A stretch of DNA of 28,553 nt from a virus. Taxonomy: Duplodnaviria > Caudoviricetes. The position numbers and the translations under genes are program-made. A model generated the notes under the pieces. That model was not told where the DNA came from, did not search any database, and worked only from the letters and a program-made list of their open reading frames with translations. Position 1 is the stretch's first letter. Each line of letters begins with the position of its first letter. Below are positions 9,724-19,200 of this stretch, in pieces. The DNA lies in IMG/VR virus record IMGVR_UViG_3300043446_001720, positions 1 through 28,553 of that record. One strand, 5' to 3'.

Positions 9724-10169
9724 ATATCCGCTGCCTGGTTATCTGAACGTGCCAATACCACCTTAAAATAATCAGTTTTTCCAAATGGACCAACTATTGG
9801 GTTAAAGGTTGATATTTCAAATATTGTTGACTTTCCAGCACGAATACCAGCAGACTCGTTATAGATTATATTTCCATTAGCGTCTCTAATGTTTGCAATA
9901 ATTATGTTTGTGATTGCAAACAAACCATCTCTGCTTGATTGAGTTAGATCTGTTTTTACTCTTCCGACCAACTGATTATCAATCGTTATGCTGGGATTTG
10001 GCTGAACATCTTGCTTATATTTTCTACTGGCTGGATTAAAGGCACAGGCTATGGTTCTATCAAGAATCCATTTTTTTGATGTGCTTCCATATCCAGCATC
10101 GGTTACTATTGGATAGAACACATCTGCAAGGATTGGGTATACGACACTTGTTTCTTCGCAAGCAGCCAT
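9720..10169 (-). CDS. Putative head-tail stopper / closure protein
   Basis: 149-aa beta-rich ORF directly after the adaptor (DAGYGSTSKKW...IACAF; C-terminal YFKVVLAR strand). Confidence 0.55.
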   Translation of the reverse strand: MAACEETSVVYPILADVFYPIVTDAGYGSTSKKWILDRTIACAFNPASRKYKQDVQPNPSITIDNQLVGRVKTDLTQSSRDGLFAITNIIIANIRDANGNIIYNESAGIRAGKSTIFEISTFNPIVGPFGKTDYFKVVLARSDNQAADI

Positions 10170-10170
10170 A

Positions 10171-11094
10171 TTATATCACCGCTACTTTTAAAGTTCCTCT
10201 AATGTATTTGTCTAGCATTCTGTCAACAACCATATTTCCAGTGCCCTTGAAAACCTGTGGATCAAACTTTATTGTAAATTGGTCTGTATCATATGAGCTA
10301 ATATATTTTTTGGCATAGTCTAGATTTCCACACTTTAAATCATTAATAAGCATGGTTGTTGCACGAACAACATCTGGTGGTAGTGCACGGAATCCTTCAT
10401 CTAAAACAAATAAGTAGTCATATCCTAATGTAAATACTCCGCCATCTCGTCTTTGTTCAAACATAATGTCTCCACGTGATATTGGCAATGATAGGTCTGG
10501 AACAGTTTGAGATAGTCTATTATATTCGTAATTTGAAGTTTTCTGAATTGCTGAGTTATCTAGAGTTATTGAAAAATTGTACAGATTGGTAGATGGATCT
10601 GCAGCATCTTTATCATAAATAAGAACGTTGTTCTCGTATACTTTTAGTACACGGTTTGCCATACGCCATACTGGCATATAATCTGTTCCATTACCCTGTG
10701 ATTGTAATATTGATTTGTGGTTGTAAAAACCATCATTTATATATGTATCAATTATTGAACGAGCAATAACCTCATACATCCTATATTCTTTTATTTCTGA
10801 TGCTGTTTCGCCAAGATCGCTAGCATTTACGTATGGTCTTACAATTGTAAGGTTATCTTCATATATAATGTGTTCATGCTCTGCGTCATAAAAACGAATA
10901 AGGAATTCACGATCAAACTCAACTTTTGTTAGTGGTATCTGATATATAACAATACCGTTTGAATCTGATGTTATGGTTGTTTCTTCAATTGAGTGGTCCA
11001 CCAAATCCTCCACATAGACTATGTAGTCATAATTTGCATCTGGCAAATTCCATGTTGTTACTAGAGGATAAGGTGGAACTCTCATTACTTCCAT
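10171..11094 (-). CDS. Head-tail adaptor / connector protein with N-terminal extra domain (307 aa)
   Basis: Start likely ATG 11094 (MEVMRVPP), 1 nt after the upstream stop. Adaptor-like motifs ARSIIDTY, GFRALPPDVVRATTMLINDL and TGNMVVDRMLDKY. Confidence 0.7.
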   Translation of the reverse strand: MEVMRVPPYPLVTTWNLPDANYDYIVYVEDLVDHSIEETTITSDSNGIVIYQIPLTKVEFDREFLIRFYDAEHEHIIYEDNLTIVRPYVNASDLGETASEIKEYRMYEVIARSIIDTYINDGFYNHKSILQSQGNGTDYMPVWRMANRVLKVYENNVLIYDKDAADPSTNLYNFSITLDNSAIQKTSNYEYNRLSQTVPDLSLPISRGDIMFEQRRDGGVFTLGYDYLFVLDEGFRALPPDVVRATTMLINDLKCGNLDYAKKYISSYDTDQFTIKFDPQVFKGTGNMVVDRMLDKYIRGTLKVAVI

Positions 11095-11095
11095 T

Positions 11096-11548
11096 TTACT
11101 TGCCGAACTCCTTGGCAACTTCTTCTGGAGTTGCTAGACGAACGTGATTACGTGTTAACCACTGATCGGCTTGCTCTTTAGTTACAATGTTGTAGCCAAA
11201 ATAAACTTTTCCAACACCCTGCCAAGTTACGTTACGAGTTGAGTGAATAGCCACAGTATCAGCCTTTGGCTCTTCTTTCTTTGCCTTTGGCTCTGCCTTC
11301 TTTTCTGTCTTTTCGACAACCTTTACACCGATTGCACCATTGCCAACGGCATCTAGGTGCTGAACCTTTTTAGGCTCTTCTGGAACTATGACATTATCTT
11401 CTGCTTTTGGAGCTTCTGCTATTACTGCTTCAGGCTCTACAACCGCAGGAGTGTCTTCAGTCACTGTTACTTCTGGTGCTACTACTTCTGCTGGTGCTGC
11501 TGGAGCATCCTCTGTTGTAGTGTTTTCGTTATTTGTATTTTCTGACAT
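11096..11548 (-). CDS. Hypothetical protein (acidic E/P/A/V-rich N-terminus, small globular C-terminal domain)
   Basis: 150-aa ORF with AGGAGG RBS and its own extended -10 motif, between capsid and adaptor genes. Confidence 0.8.
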   Translation of the reverse strand: MSENTNNENTTTEDAPAAPAEVVAPEVTVTEDTPAVVEPEAVIAEAPKAEDNVIVPEEPKKVQHLDAVGNGAIGVKVVEKTEKKAEPKAKKEEPKADTVAIHSTRNVTWQGVGKVYFGYNIVTKEQADQWLTRNHVRLATPEEVAKEFGK

Positions 11549-11567
11549 AATAACCTCCTAAATATTA

Positions 11568-11576
11568 ATTATAACA
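11568..11576 (-). promoter_or_regulatory. Extended -10 promoter motif TGTTATAAT
   Basis: Directly behind the capsid terminator and upstream of the AGGAGG RBS. Confidence 0.6.
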
Positions 11577-11582
11577 GATATT

Positions 11583-11615
11583 AAAAAGGGGACAGGAGCC
11601 GAAACCCCTGCCCCC
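11583..11615 (-). terminator. Intrinsic terminator after major capsid gene
   Basis: GGGGGCAGGGGT-TTCG-GCTCCTGTCCCC-TTTTT: 12-bp stem with G-U pairs, UUCG loop and U5 tail. Confidence 0.85.
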
Positions 11616-11634
11616 CTTAAAGGTGTGCTACAGA

Positions 11635-12783
11635 CTAGCTGTCTGCACCAGCGTCAGCGAATGCAATTGCATCCTGCTCTTCCCACTGTACACCAAAGCG
11701 GACGAATACGGTGTATTCAATTGTGTCCTTCTTTGGCTTGTACTCACGGTTGACGGTGATGTCACGCTGGAATCCCCAAATACGGTTCTGAGGGAATGTA
11801 AGGTCTACATAACCTGCAGGGTAGTAAGGAACTTCCTGAACATCGACACCGAGAACACGAGTAGTACGTGCTCCACCGAATGTCTGACCGTTACCGTCTA
11901 GGTAAGCCTGACGGTTAGCAGGGGTACCTGCTGGAGTACCAGCAAATGCCTCAGCAATAGCGTCAGCTAGGGTACCGTTGTGCTTGATGATTCCCTGGAA
12001 TGCATCAGTACCTGCGTAGAACTTAAGGTTGTTCTTAAGTGCACGGTACTTGCGTGGCATTGAAAGGATGATGTTCTGAAGAACATCTGTGGTCCATGCG
12101 TTGTCTGCAACAGTTACAACAGACTCGTGAGCTGCGCCATCTGTCTGAGCCTTGTTAACAAAACCCTGCATAATACCGAGGAATGCTCCATCGCCTGAGT
12201 TACCAGTACCGTTGATCGCTAGATCTTCAATGTCATTAGCAAAAGCGTTAGTCATTAGACGTACTAGGTGGTCCTCAAGAGCACCTCCCTCAATACCATC
12301 TTCTAGAGCTTCAGCTGAAACTTCCCAATCAAGACGAATCTTCTTGGTAGTAAGCTCAACCTTAGTGAATGTTGCACCAGCGTTGGTGTAATCACCAAGT
12401 GCCTGTGCAGCAGCACGAATTACACGCTCACCGACGTTAACCTTCTCAAGCTCCATAGTGTTAGCTCTCATAGTTACACGGCGACCATCCTTGGCGAGTA
12501 CAGTAGCATCCCATACGTAGTCAATAAAACGACGTGCCTGTTCAGGGCGTAGGATACCGCTACCTGCATCACCTGAAGGGTTTACAGCGTTTGGACCAGT
12601 GGTTGCACCGAATGCAGCAGTTGGGATGTTTCCTACAGCAGCACCTGTGTGGTAGTTACCTGGAACGTTTGCACCATCTTCTGAACCAGATGCGAATGCA
12701 CCCTGTCCTTGGTAAAGACCAGGCTGTGTACCACCTAGATTTCCAGAGGTACCTGGCTGGTTCTTAATAATTTCTTCCGACAT
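11635..12783 (-). CDS. Major capsid protein (HK97 fold, 382 aa)
   Basis: ATG at 12783 after GGAGGTG. Motifs GILRPEQARRFIDYV, VELTTKKIRLDWEVSAEALEDGIEG, AFANDIEDLAING and MPRKYR; lies downstream of protease/scaffold with a strong terminator after it. Confidence 0.93.
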   Translation of the reverse strand: MSEEIIKNQPGTSGNLGGTQPGLYQGQGAFASGSEDGANVPGNYHTGAAVGNIPTAAFGATTGPNAVNPSGDAGSGILRPEQARRFIDYVWDATVLAKDGRRVTMRANTMELEKVNVGERVIRAAAQALGDYTNAGATFTKVELTTKKIRLDWEVSAEALEDGIEGGALEDHLVRLMTNAFANDIEDLAINGTGNSGDGAFLGIMQGFVNKAQTDGAAHESVVTVADNAWTTDVLQNIILSMPRKYRALKNNLKFYAGTDAFQGIIKHNGTLADAIAEAFAGTPAGTPANRQAYLDGNGQTFGGARTTRVLGVDVQEVPYYPAGYVDLTFPQNRIWGFQRDITVNREYKPKKDTIEYTVFVRFGVQWEEQDAIAFADAGADS

Positions 12784-12812
12784 ATTGTTCACCTCCTAAA
12801 GTGATTTTCTGT

Positions 12813-13376
12813 TTACTTAAATAAATCGGCAGTTTTGAGGAAACGACCGCCCCATAGGGATTTCTCAACCAATTCTGGCTGAGCTTCCTGTACGATCTCG
12901 CCTAGATCGCCAGACTTACGGAAAGCAGTGTCAGCCTCAACAGCGTCAACTCTCTTTCCAAACTCATTAAACACAGTCTGAGTTGCAGCTACCTCATTTT
13001 TTACTGCACCAATTGACTTGCTTAGTTCTGCAATCTGCTCAGCTTGTGCTTGAACAACTGCAGTTAGATCGCTAAAGGCTTTGGTAACAACATCTTTGAC
13101 ATCTGCAATAGCAGCATCAAATCCATTGTCTGACTTAGCAACAGGTGCAGCAATTTCATCTGCTGGCTCATTGCTCTCGTCATCGGTAGCAGGCTCTGCA
13201 GCCTCTTCCAATGGAACAACAGAAGTAGTGATGTCACCCTTCTCAACGCCAGCATCTGCAACATCTGCAACTGCTTCTGCCTCTGGAGCGACCTGTGATT
13301 CTTCAACTGCAGGGGCATCTACTACAGCTTCTTCAGCTGGAGCATCTACTACTGCATCATTTGTTGTGTCAGTCAT
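12813..13376 (-). CDS. Nested in-frame scaffold protein (187 aa, putative internal start)
   Basis: AAGGAGGTAAGTCCT-ATG (MTDTTND) inside the protease ORF, at the protease/acidic-linker boundary. Confidence 0.65.
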   Translation of the reverse strand: MTDTTNDAVVDAPAEEAVVDAPAVEESQVAPEAEAVADVADAGVEKGDITTSVVPLEEAAEPATDDESNEPADEIAAPVAKSDNGFDAAIADVKDVVTKAFSDLTAVVQAQAEQIAELSKSIGAVKNEVAATQTVFNEFGKRVDAVEADTAFRKSGDLGEIVQEAQPELVEKSLWGGRFLKTADLFK

Positions 13377-14135
13377 AGGACTTACCTCCTTGTTAATCTC
13401 AGTTGTCTTAATGCCTTTAGCACTATCAACTAAGAACTTTATCATATCTGTTTTTTCGTTATCGTTCTTTTCAACGAAACCTATGTTCTGCATTGGAGTT
13501 CCGAAAGTAGGTGAAATCTCAACCTCATTTTCAGAAAGCATTACAATGCCAGATTCTGAATCCCAAAATACGTTTTCAATAGCCACGCCTACGGCTTCTC
13601 CTTTTACAGTGTCAACGCCATCTACCTTCTCTACAGAAAGAATGTTGGCAAACTGGTTTGCTGGAGTATCTACTAGAGAAAGTTCTACTAGATCATAATC
13701 TTTAATAATACGAACAGTACTATCCATCTTTTCATCATAAGCATCATCCCACTTGTTCATTCTACCGCCGATAGAAAAACCAGAGAGGGTGCCGTCTAGA
13801 ACTTTTTCCCAGGTGTCCTGAGCACCCTTTGAAACATATGCAGAAACGAATACTCCAGAATAAAACTTCTTTGTTTCAGGATCAAAGTATTTGTCTTCTT
13901 TAAAAGCTACCATTTTACCTACAGCTAGTGGCTGGTGCATTTCTCTAATATTACCTCTGAACTTTGAAAAAGCTTTCATTGATGCATCAGAAGTAACAAT
14001 GTCTTTTTGACGATCAACATTGTCCAGTGTAGCGAATCCAGAAACGATACGACGTTCCTTGTCCACCTTAGAGAAAGGCATTGAAAGACGAACGTTGTCG
14101 CCTTCAGAATTCCATTGTGCTTTAGCTATAGTCAT
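12813..14135 (-). CDS. Prohead protease (XkdF / Peptidase_S78_2-like) fused to scaffold domain
   Basis: KVDKERRIVSGFA...VDRQKDIV...IREMH...WEKVLDGTLSGFSIGG...LVELSLVDTPAN, followed by an acidic linker and a C-terminal coiled coil. Lies between portal and capsid genes. Confidence 0.88.
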   Translation of the reverse strand: MTIAKAQWNSEGDNVRLSMPFSKVDKERRIVSGFATLDNVDRQKDIVTSDASMKAFSKFRGNIREMHQPLAVGKMVAFKEDKYFDPETKKFYSGVFVSAYVSKGAQDTWEKVLDGTLSGFSIGGRMNKWDDAYDEKMDSTVRIIKDYDLVELSLVDTPANQFANILSVEKVDGVDTVKGEAVGVAIENVFWDSESGIVMLSENEVEISPTFGTPMQNIGFVEKNDNEKTDMIKFLVDSAKGIKTTEINKEVSPMTDTTNDAVVDAPAEEAVVDAPAVEESQVAPEAEAVADVADAGVEKGDITTSVVPLEEAAEPATDDESNEPADEIAAPVAKSDNGFDAAIADVKDVVTKAFSDLTAVVQAQAEQIAELSKSIGAVKNEVAATQTVFNEFGKRVDAVEADTAFRKSGDLGEIVQEAQPELVEKSLWGGRFLKTADLFK

Positions 14136-14186
14136 GGTAGTTTAATTATAAGACCCTTTTTAATATAATATCACAAAATGATAAAC

Positions 14187-15836
14187 TTATTTTGAAGATC
14201 TTCCTTCTCCCTTTGGATTTCTACCATTAGTTGTTGTAGTTTTATCTGAAGCATTATTTGCTCTTTGTGCATCTCTTGCACGATTACCAGCATTATTTGC
14301 TTTAGCATCCGCTGCTTGACGTGGTGTAGGAATTACTGGATCATTACCGCCATCACGATGAGGAAGTCCAAGAACTGTTCTTGCTTCATTGGGAACCATA
14401 ATCTGATTCTTTACATACTCTGTTAGAATTTGTGCTTGAGATATTTCATCTGTAAGAGTTAGCTCATTAAACTTAAATTCAAGAATATCAGTTTTTTCTT
14501 TTATGATTCTATTAATCATTTTTTCAAGATTGGTTTGTGCTGGTCTTGCTACCTGCTCTTTAAAGGTTCTGTCTTGTGCAAGAGCTGCAGCAATTTGAGA
14601 CGAATCTCCACCACCAATTTTTGACAATGGGACTTGATGTGCAACTAGGATATCATCACGGTTACGAATACGATACTCGTTAAAGGATGCTTCCTGAACT
14701 CCGTTTTCAATTGGTTCCATTTTAAACTCAACCTTGTTGGTATCTGAATCTCCTGGAAGTGGAATGTATAGTGTGCGGTGATTAGAACCTTTTAGACTTG
14801 TCTGTAGGAAGCGGAACATCTTATCTTCTGCTTCTTCAGAAAGCTTTGCACCCTTAAGAGTTACAACATAACGAGGAACAGCCTTGTTGCCAAAATAGTC
14901 AATGTTATATTGAGATGCAAGTTGATCTCCGTGTAGTGAAGATACTGCAGACATTATGTCTGGAACTCCATAGAAAGTATTTAACGGTGAATATTCTTTA
15001 TAGTGCAAGATCTCATTTGGACGAGGATCATTTGTTAATGGATTTGGATTTTTTGCACCAAAATTTCGGAAGTATACAATTTTATTTCCAATAATCTGTA
15101 GATATCCATCACGTAGTCTACGTACACGCATAGTGGTGGCTGGTATGTGTCCAACATATCCAATCTCTCCAGTTACAGTTCTACCGATTTCTAAATAACC
15201 ATTTCCAGTTGCCTGAACATCTGTGTAGAATTTTTCAAGAATGTGAGTAAACGATTCATCTGAATTCAAAGATTCTAGCCAATCACGCATTTCGACTTTT
15301 GCACGTTCAATACGCTTACGTGCTTTCTCTACTGCAGAATCATTATCAGATCCCTCAAGAGACATCATGGTTCTTTTTGTAACATCAAAGTCATAGCCTA
15401 GACCAACAATGTTTTCTACTTTAGCATCAATTGCTGCATGGTTAGCAAACGAAGTATCGTAAAAATTTGCAAGTTCATATAGGTTCCATGGGGGTGTAAT
15501 GACATCAAAGATACCATAGCCATTTCGATATACACGACCTGGATTAATTTCTTTAGAGTATGTTCCACTTAGACCAGTGCTATTTGTCAATGCCGAATTC
15601 TGATATCCAGGTGCCATTACATCAACATTGTTATACTGAATTGTAGTCTCTACTGGGGAATCATTATTTGCCTTAGACATTCTGTCAGAACGACGTTTAA
15701 AGTTTTTTTCTAGACCAGACAGTCCTTTTAGATCGTCCCAAGATTTTGCAAAAGGATCCTGATCTTTGAATGCGTTAGCTTCTTGCTCATATTCAGGCAA
15801 TCCTAAATCTCTAATATAGTATTCATTTTCTGACAT
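14187..15836 (-). CDS. Portal protein (549 aa)
   Basis: HAAIDAKVENIVGLGY, DVQATGNGYLEI.R, HIPATTMRV, NEILHYKEYSPLNTFYGVPD, YFGNKAVPRYVV and IMVPNEARTVLGL are HK97/PBSX-type portal motifs. Confidence 0.93.
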   Translation of the reverse strand: MSENEYYIRDLGLPEYEQEANAFKDQDPFAKSWDDLKGLSGLEKNFKRRSDRMSKANNDSPVETTIQYNNVDVMAPGYQNSALTNSTGLSGTYSKEINPGRVYRNGYGIFDVITPPWNLYELANFYDTSFANHAAIDAKVENIVGLGYDFDVTKRTMMSLEGSDNDSAVEKARKRIERAKVEMRDWLESLNSDESFTHILEKFYTDVQATGNGYLEIGRTVTGEIGYVGHIPATTMRVRRLRDGYLQIIGNKIVYFRNFGAKNPNPLTNDPRPNEILHYKEYSPLNTFYGVPDIMSAVSSLHGDQLASQYNIDYFGNKAVPRYVVTLKGAKLSEEAEDKMFRFLQTSLKGSNHRTLYIPLPGDSDTNKVEFKMEPIENGVQEASFNEYRIRNRDDILVAHQVPLSKIGGGDSSQIAAALAQDRTFKEQVARPAQTNLEKMINRIIKEKTDILEFKFNELTLTDEISQAQILTEYVKNQIMVPNEARTVLGLPHRDGGNDPVIPTPRQAADAKANNAGNRARDAQRANNASDKTTTTNGRNPKGEGRSSK

Positions 15837-16213
15837 TACTCGTCACTTCCATACATAGCAATTGTATCCTTAGCTGCCTGAACAGCACCTAGGTCATTCA
15901 TATTTGGAATAAGTCCCTGACTCATTCTATCAATTTGTTCTGAATATTCTTCGTCTGAGATTCTACCCATTCCTGGATAAAACTCATAAGACCCGTCGCC
16001 CTGACCAAGTGCCTTTGCTTCTTGCTCAAGTTTGCGAATTTGGAATGCGTCACCCCTATGAGACGGTATGTTTAATACATTTCCATTGCCATCTGTAAAA
16101 GGCTTGCCGTTTGCCTTTTTCCAAATGTAGATTCCCCAATCATATTGCTTGTCTATGACTGTAAGTTTTGTGTCACCAATTTGACCAGGTGCTCTAAATT
16201 TTTCGGTATTCAT
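15836..16213 (-). CDS. Hypothetical protein (125 aa), translationally coupled to portal
   Basis: TAATG overlap with the portal start. Start likely ATG 16213, 7 nt after TGGTATACT, rather than GTG 16219. Confidence 0.75.
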   Translation of the reverse strand: MNTEKFRAPGQIGDTKLTVIDKQYDWGIYIWKKANGKPFTDGNGNVLNIPSHRGDAFQIRKLEQEAKALGQGDGSYEFYPGMGRISDEEYSEQIDRMSQGLIPNMNDLGAVQAAKDTIAMYGSDE

Positions 16214-16220
16214 AACCACT

Positions 16221-16229
16221 AGTATACCA
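16221..16229 (-). promoter_or_regulatory. Extended -10 promoter motif TGGTATACT, leaderless configuration
   Basis: TGGTATACT-AGTGGTT-ATG. Confidence 0.6.
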
Positions 16230-16231
16230 TA

Positions 16232-19200
16232 TTATACAGCTTTAATAATATTCGACTGCCAGGTAACATCTTTATACAATGAATAACTTAACATCTTGAT
16301 GCGAAGATGATCTTCTCCTCCCACTGGAAGTGAATTATCAACAACCACCTTGTTTGTTCCAGTGTATGCCCTATAAATGTCTGATGGATTAACTCCATAA
16401 TAGCTAGTTCTTGACAAAATAAGAACTTCCTGCCACTTAAATGATGTATCCCAATATATCCAATCAAGATCAATGGTGTCTGCACTTGCGACCTTGTACC
16501 ATGGTCTTGTAGCAGTTTGCTGAACCTCTTGCAAGTTGGTTGACTTATAGTGAGAAATTGTATTGACAACTAGGGGTCCAGTTATTCTCAGTGCACCAGT
16601 CTTTAACCCAAAATCAAGAACTATCGGGAATGATATGCCAAGCATGGACCATTCTTTAATGGTTATAACTGGATCCTTTACAATCTTTCCATTTAGATAG
16701 AATGCAATATTTGTTTCTAGCGTTCCAGTATTAAGATTTACTGCATATATTTTTGCCCTGGTTCCACTAGGATGTGTTGCCACCATGTAGAACTTAATGT
16801 ATGAGTTGTTGCTTTGTATTTCAAAAATTTCAGTTGGAGAATACGGGAAGAAGTCTTGGTCATACCTTAAAGCCATTTGCATAGCAATAACCTTAAAATC
16901 TTTTGCTTTAGATTCATTAATTGGAATAGATATTCCCCTATTTATTTCTGGATCATAGGTTCCTCTTACTTGAATACCGCTATTTTTTGTCAAGTATAGG
17001 TACGGTGTACTTCCCTTATATATTGAGAATGGATTTTTATTTTTATAGTCAAAATAAAGACCAACTTTTTTATATGGCTTTAGGTTAGTTCCAAATCTTG
17101 TACCGATGATATTTGTGTTTGTAACCGATAGTGCTTGAGAAGCATACTGAAGAGATCTAATCATAATGTTTTTGTCGGTAATTCCCTTAACATTAATATC
17201 GATATGTGTCACTATTGCAAGTTTGTCAAAAGCTATTCCAGATGGTGGATAGATAATAACATTATCAACAACTTCATACTTTGTTGTTAGCCAGTTTGGT
17301 CCTGGCAAAATAATTCCATCTTTTGGTGTTGGCTCTGTAACAGTAAAGTAATCTTGTGGTGCATTTGCTCCAGCTGACAATAACTGAAACGACACAAAGG
17401 TTCTAACAATTGAGTTTGAGGTATCGTATGTATATGATTTTGTTGATTTGTTCTTCAAATCGTTATAGGTGTCAAACCCAGTAAACAGATGATTGTCTAG
17501 TGATGAATAATCTCTTTGAATTGGATAGGAAAATTGATTTTTCAATTCCTGATACGTCCAGGATCCTTCTTGAACACTCTCTGTGAATTTACTTGGTGCT
17601 GGATAGTCAATATTAAATTGAATAAAATCAATGTCGTATTTTTTATTACCATTTCCATCATCAACATATTTTGCAAAATATGATAATGGAAGATAGTCTT
17701 CCCAGTATGAATCAACCGCAATATCTAATACTGACTCTCCTGCCTCATTGCTAGAAACAAACATTGTATAACTTGCAGTGTGATTAAGAACTGTTGTGGT
17801 GGCAAATGAATATGGATCACCACCGTCAATCACATATTTCCAGAAAGCTAAATCATTTTCAGTTCCAAAATCATAGAAGCTTTGACCTGTAGCATCATAC
17901 TGCACGTCCCCAGAATACAGGTCAAATACGTTTTCAAAATCTACTGGAACTCCTCTTTCGTCAAACAGGTATGAAATTTTATTTAGATTTCTTTCAGTTG
18001 AAATATTTATACTATATATTTTCCCAGTAAAGGTATTAGAAAATTCTTTTGTTCCGCCAACATACAATTTTAAACTAGATCTATTTCCAAAGAATGATGA
18101 AACATCTTTTCCATAATAGTTTGAGAATCTATCTATATCAATGCCTGCGATGAATTGGTCATTCATGGCATACAGATCTGACTCATAGATATTCTGTGCA
18201 ATATTGTTTTGATATAGGTCATATGATATTTTTGAGTGTCCTACTGATACAGAAAAATAATTTTTTGTAACATCATCATACAAAAGCATTAATACTTGCT
18301 TTTCTAATTCTTCTGGTCTTTCTGTTATTTTGAATACACCGTATACAGAAGACATGTTTTCTTTAAGAATATTTATATTATTAAATAATATGTATCCATC
18401 TGTTTCTGACCATGAGTTGTTTGGCTTCATCAAAACATATTTATCAGATTCAGGTGGTAATGTCTTTATTGCTGTTGACCAATCAGAAGTATTTCTGTTA
18501 TTGAAAACAATATTTGGCAAAGCATAGTTTGGTGTTGAAAGTGTGTTATTTTCGATTCCCAAATTTTCTAGGATTCCCTGATTCCATTTTCCATTTTTAG
18601 GATATGAGTAGTCGTTTGCATAATTTGCAAAAGGGTAGTCAATAAAAACAGATGTCCCACTATATGCAGTATTAATATTTTCTGGGAACTCTACACCCTG
18701 ACCATATACATATCTTCTTTTTGCAACATCTGATTGAACTAGATATGGATATATAGCAATGCAATCTATATCAAAAGGATAGATTTCTGAACTTGAGTAT
18801 AGTCCTAAGAAATCTTGGTCTTTGCCTAATGAATTAAGTTTAGATGGAAAAGTAAGTGAATCTATTAGCTTAATACTAAAGACCTCTTCTCCATTTACTA
18901 GGACCGTTGCCAATGATTCTGAAAATCTTATATGTAGCAATATTGGTCTAAACCATTCTCCAATATAGTGATAGGCTTCTTGAGAGCCTATAACAAATTT
19001 AAGGAATGGACCATCCATATACAATCCGTCTCTAGATGATATTGGACCAAATATTCTTGTAGAGGTTGTGGTATTTCCATTTACTCGTAACCACATTTCA
19101 AAAGTATATGTTTTATATCTACCAGATTCATTTAAAAATCCATGACCTGGTATTACTAATGATGGCAGATCCCCGTTATCTAGTAACGTGGTAACATTTG

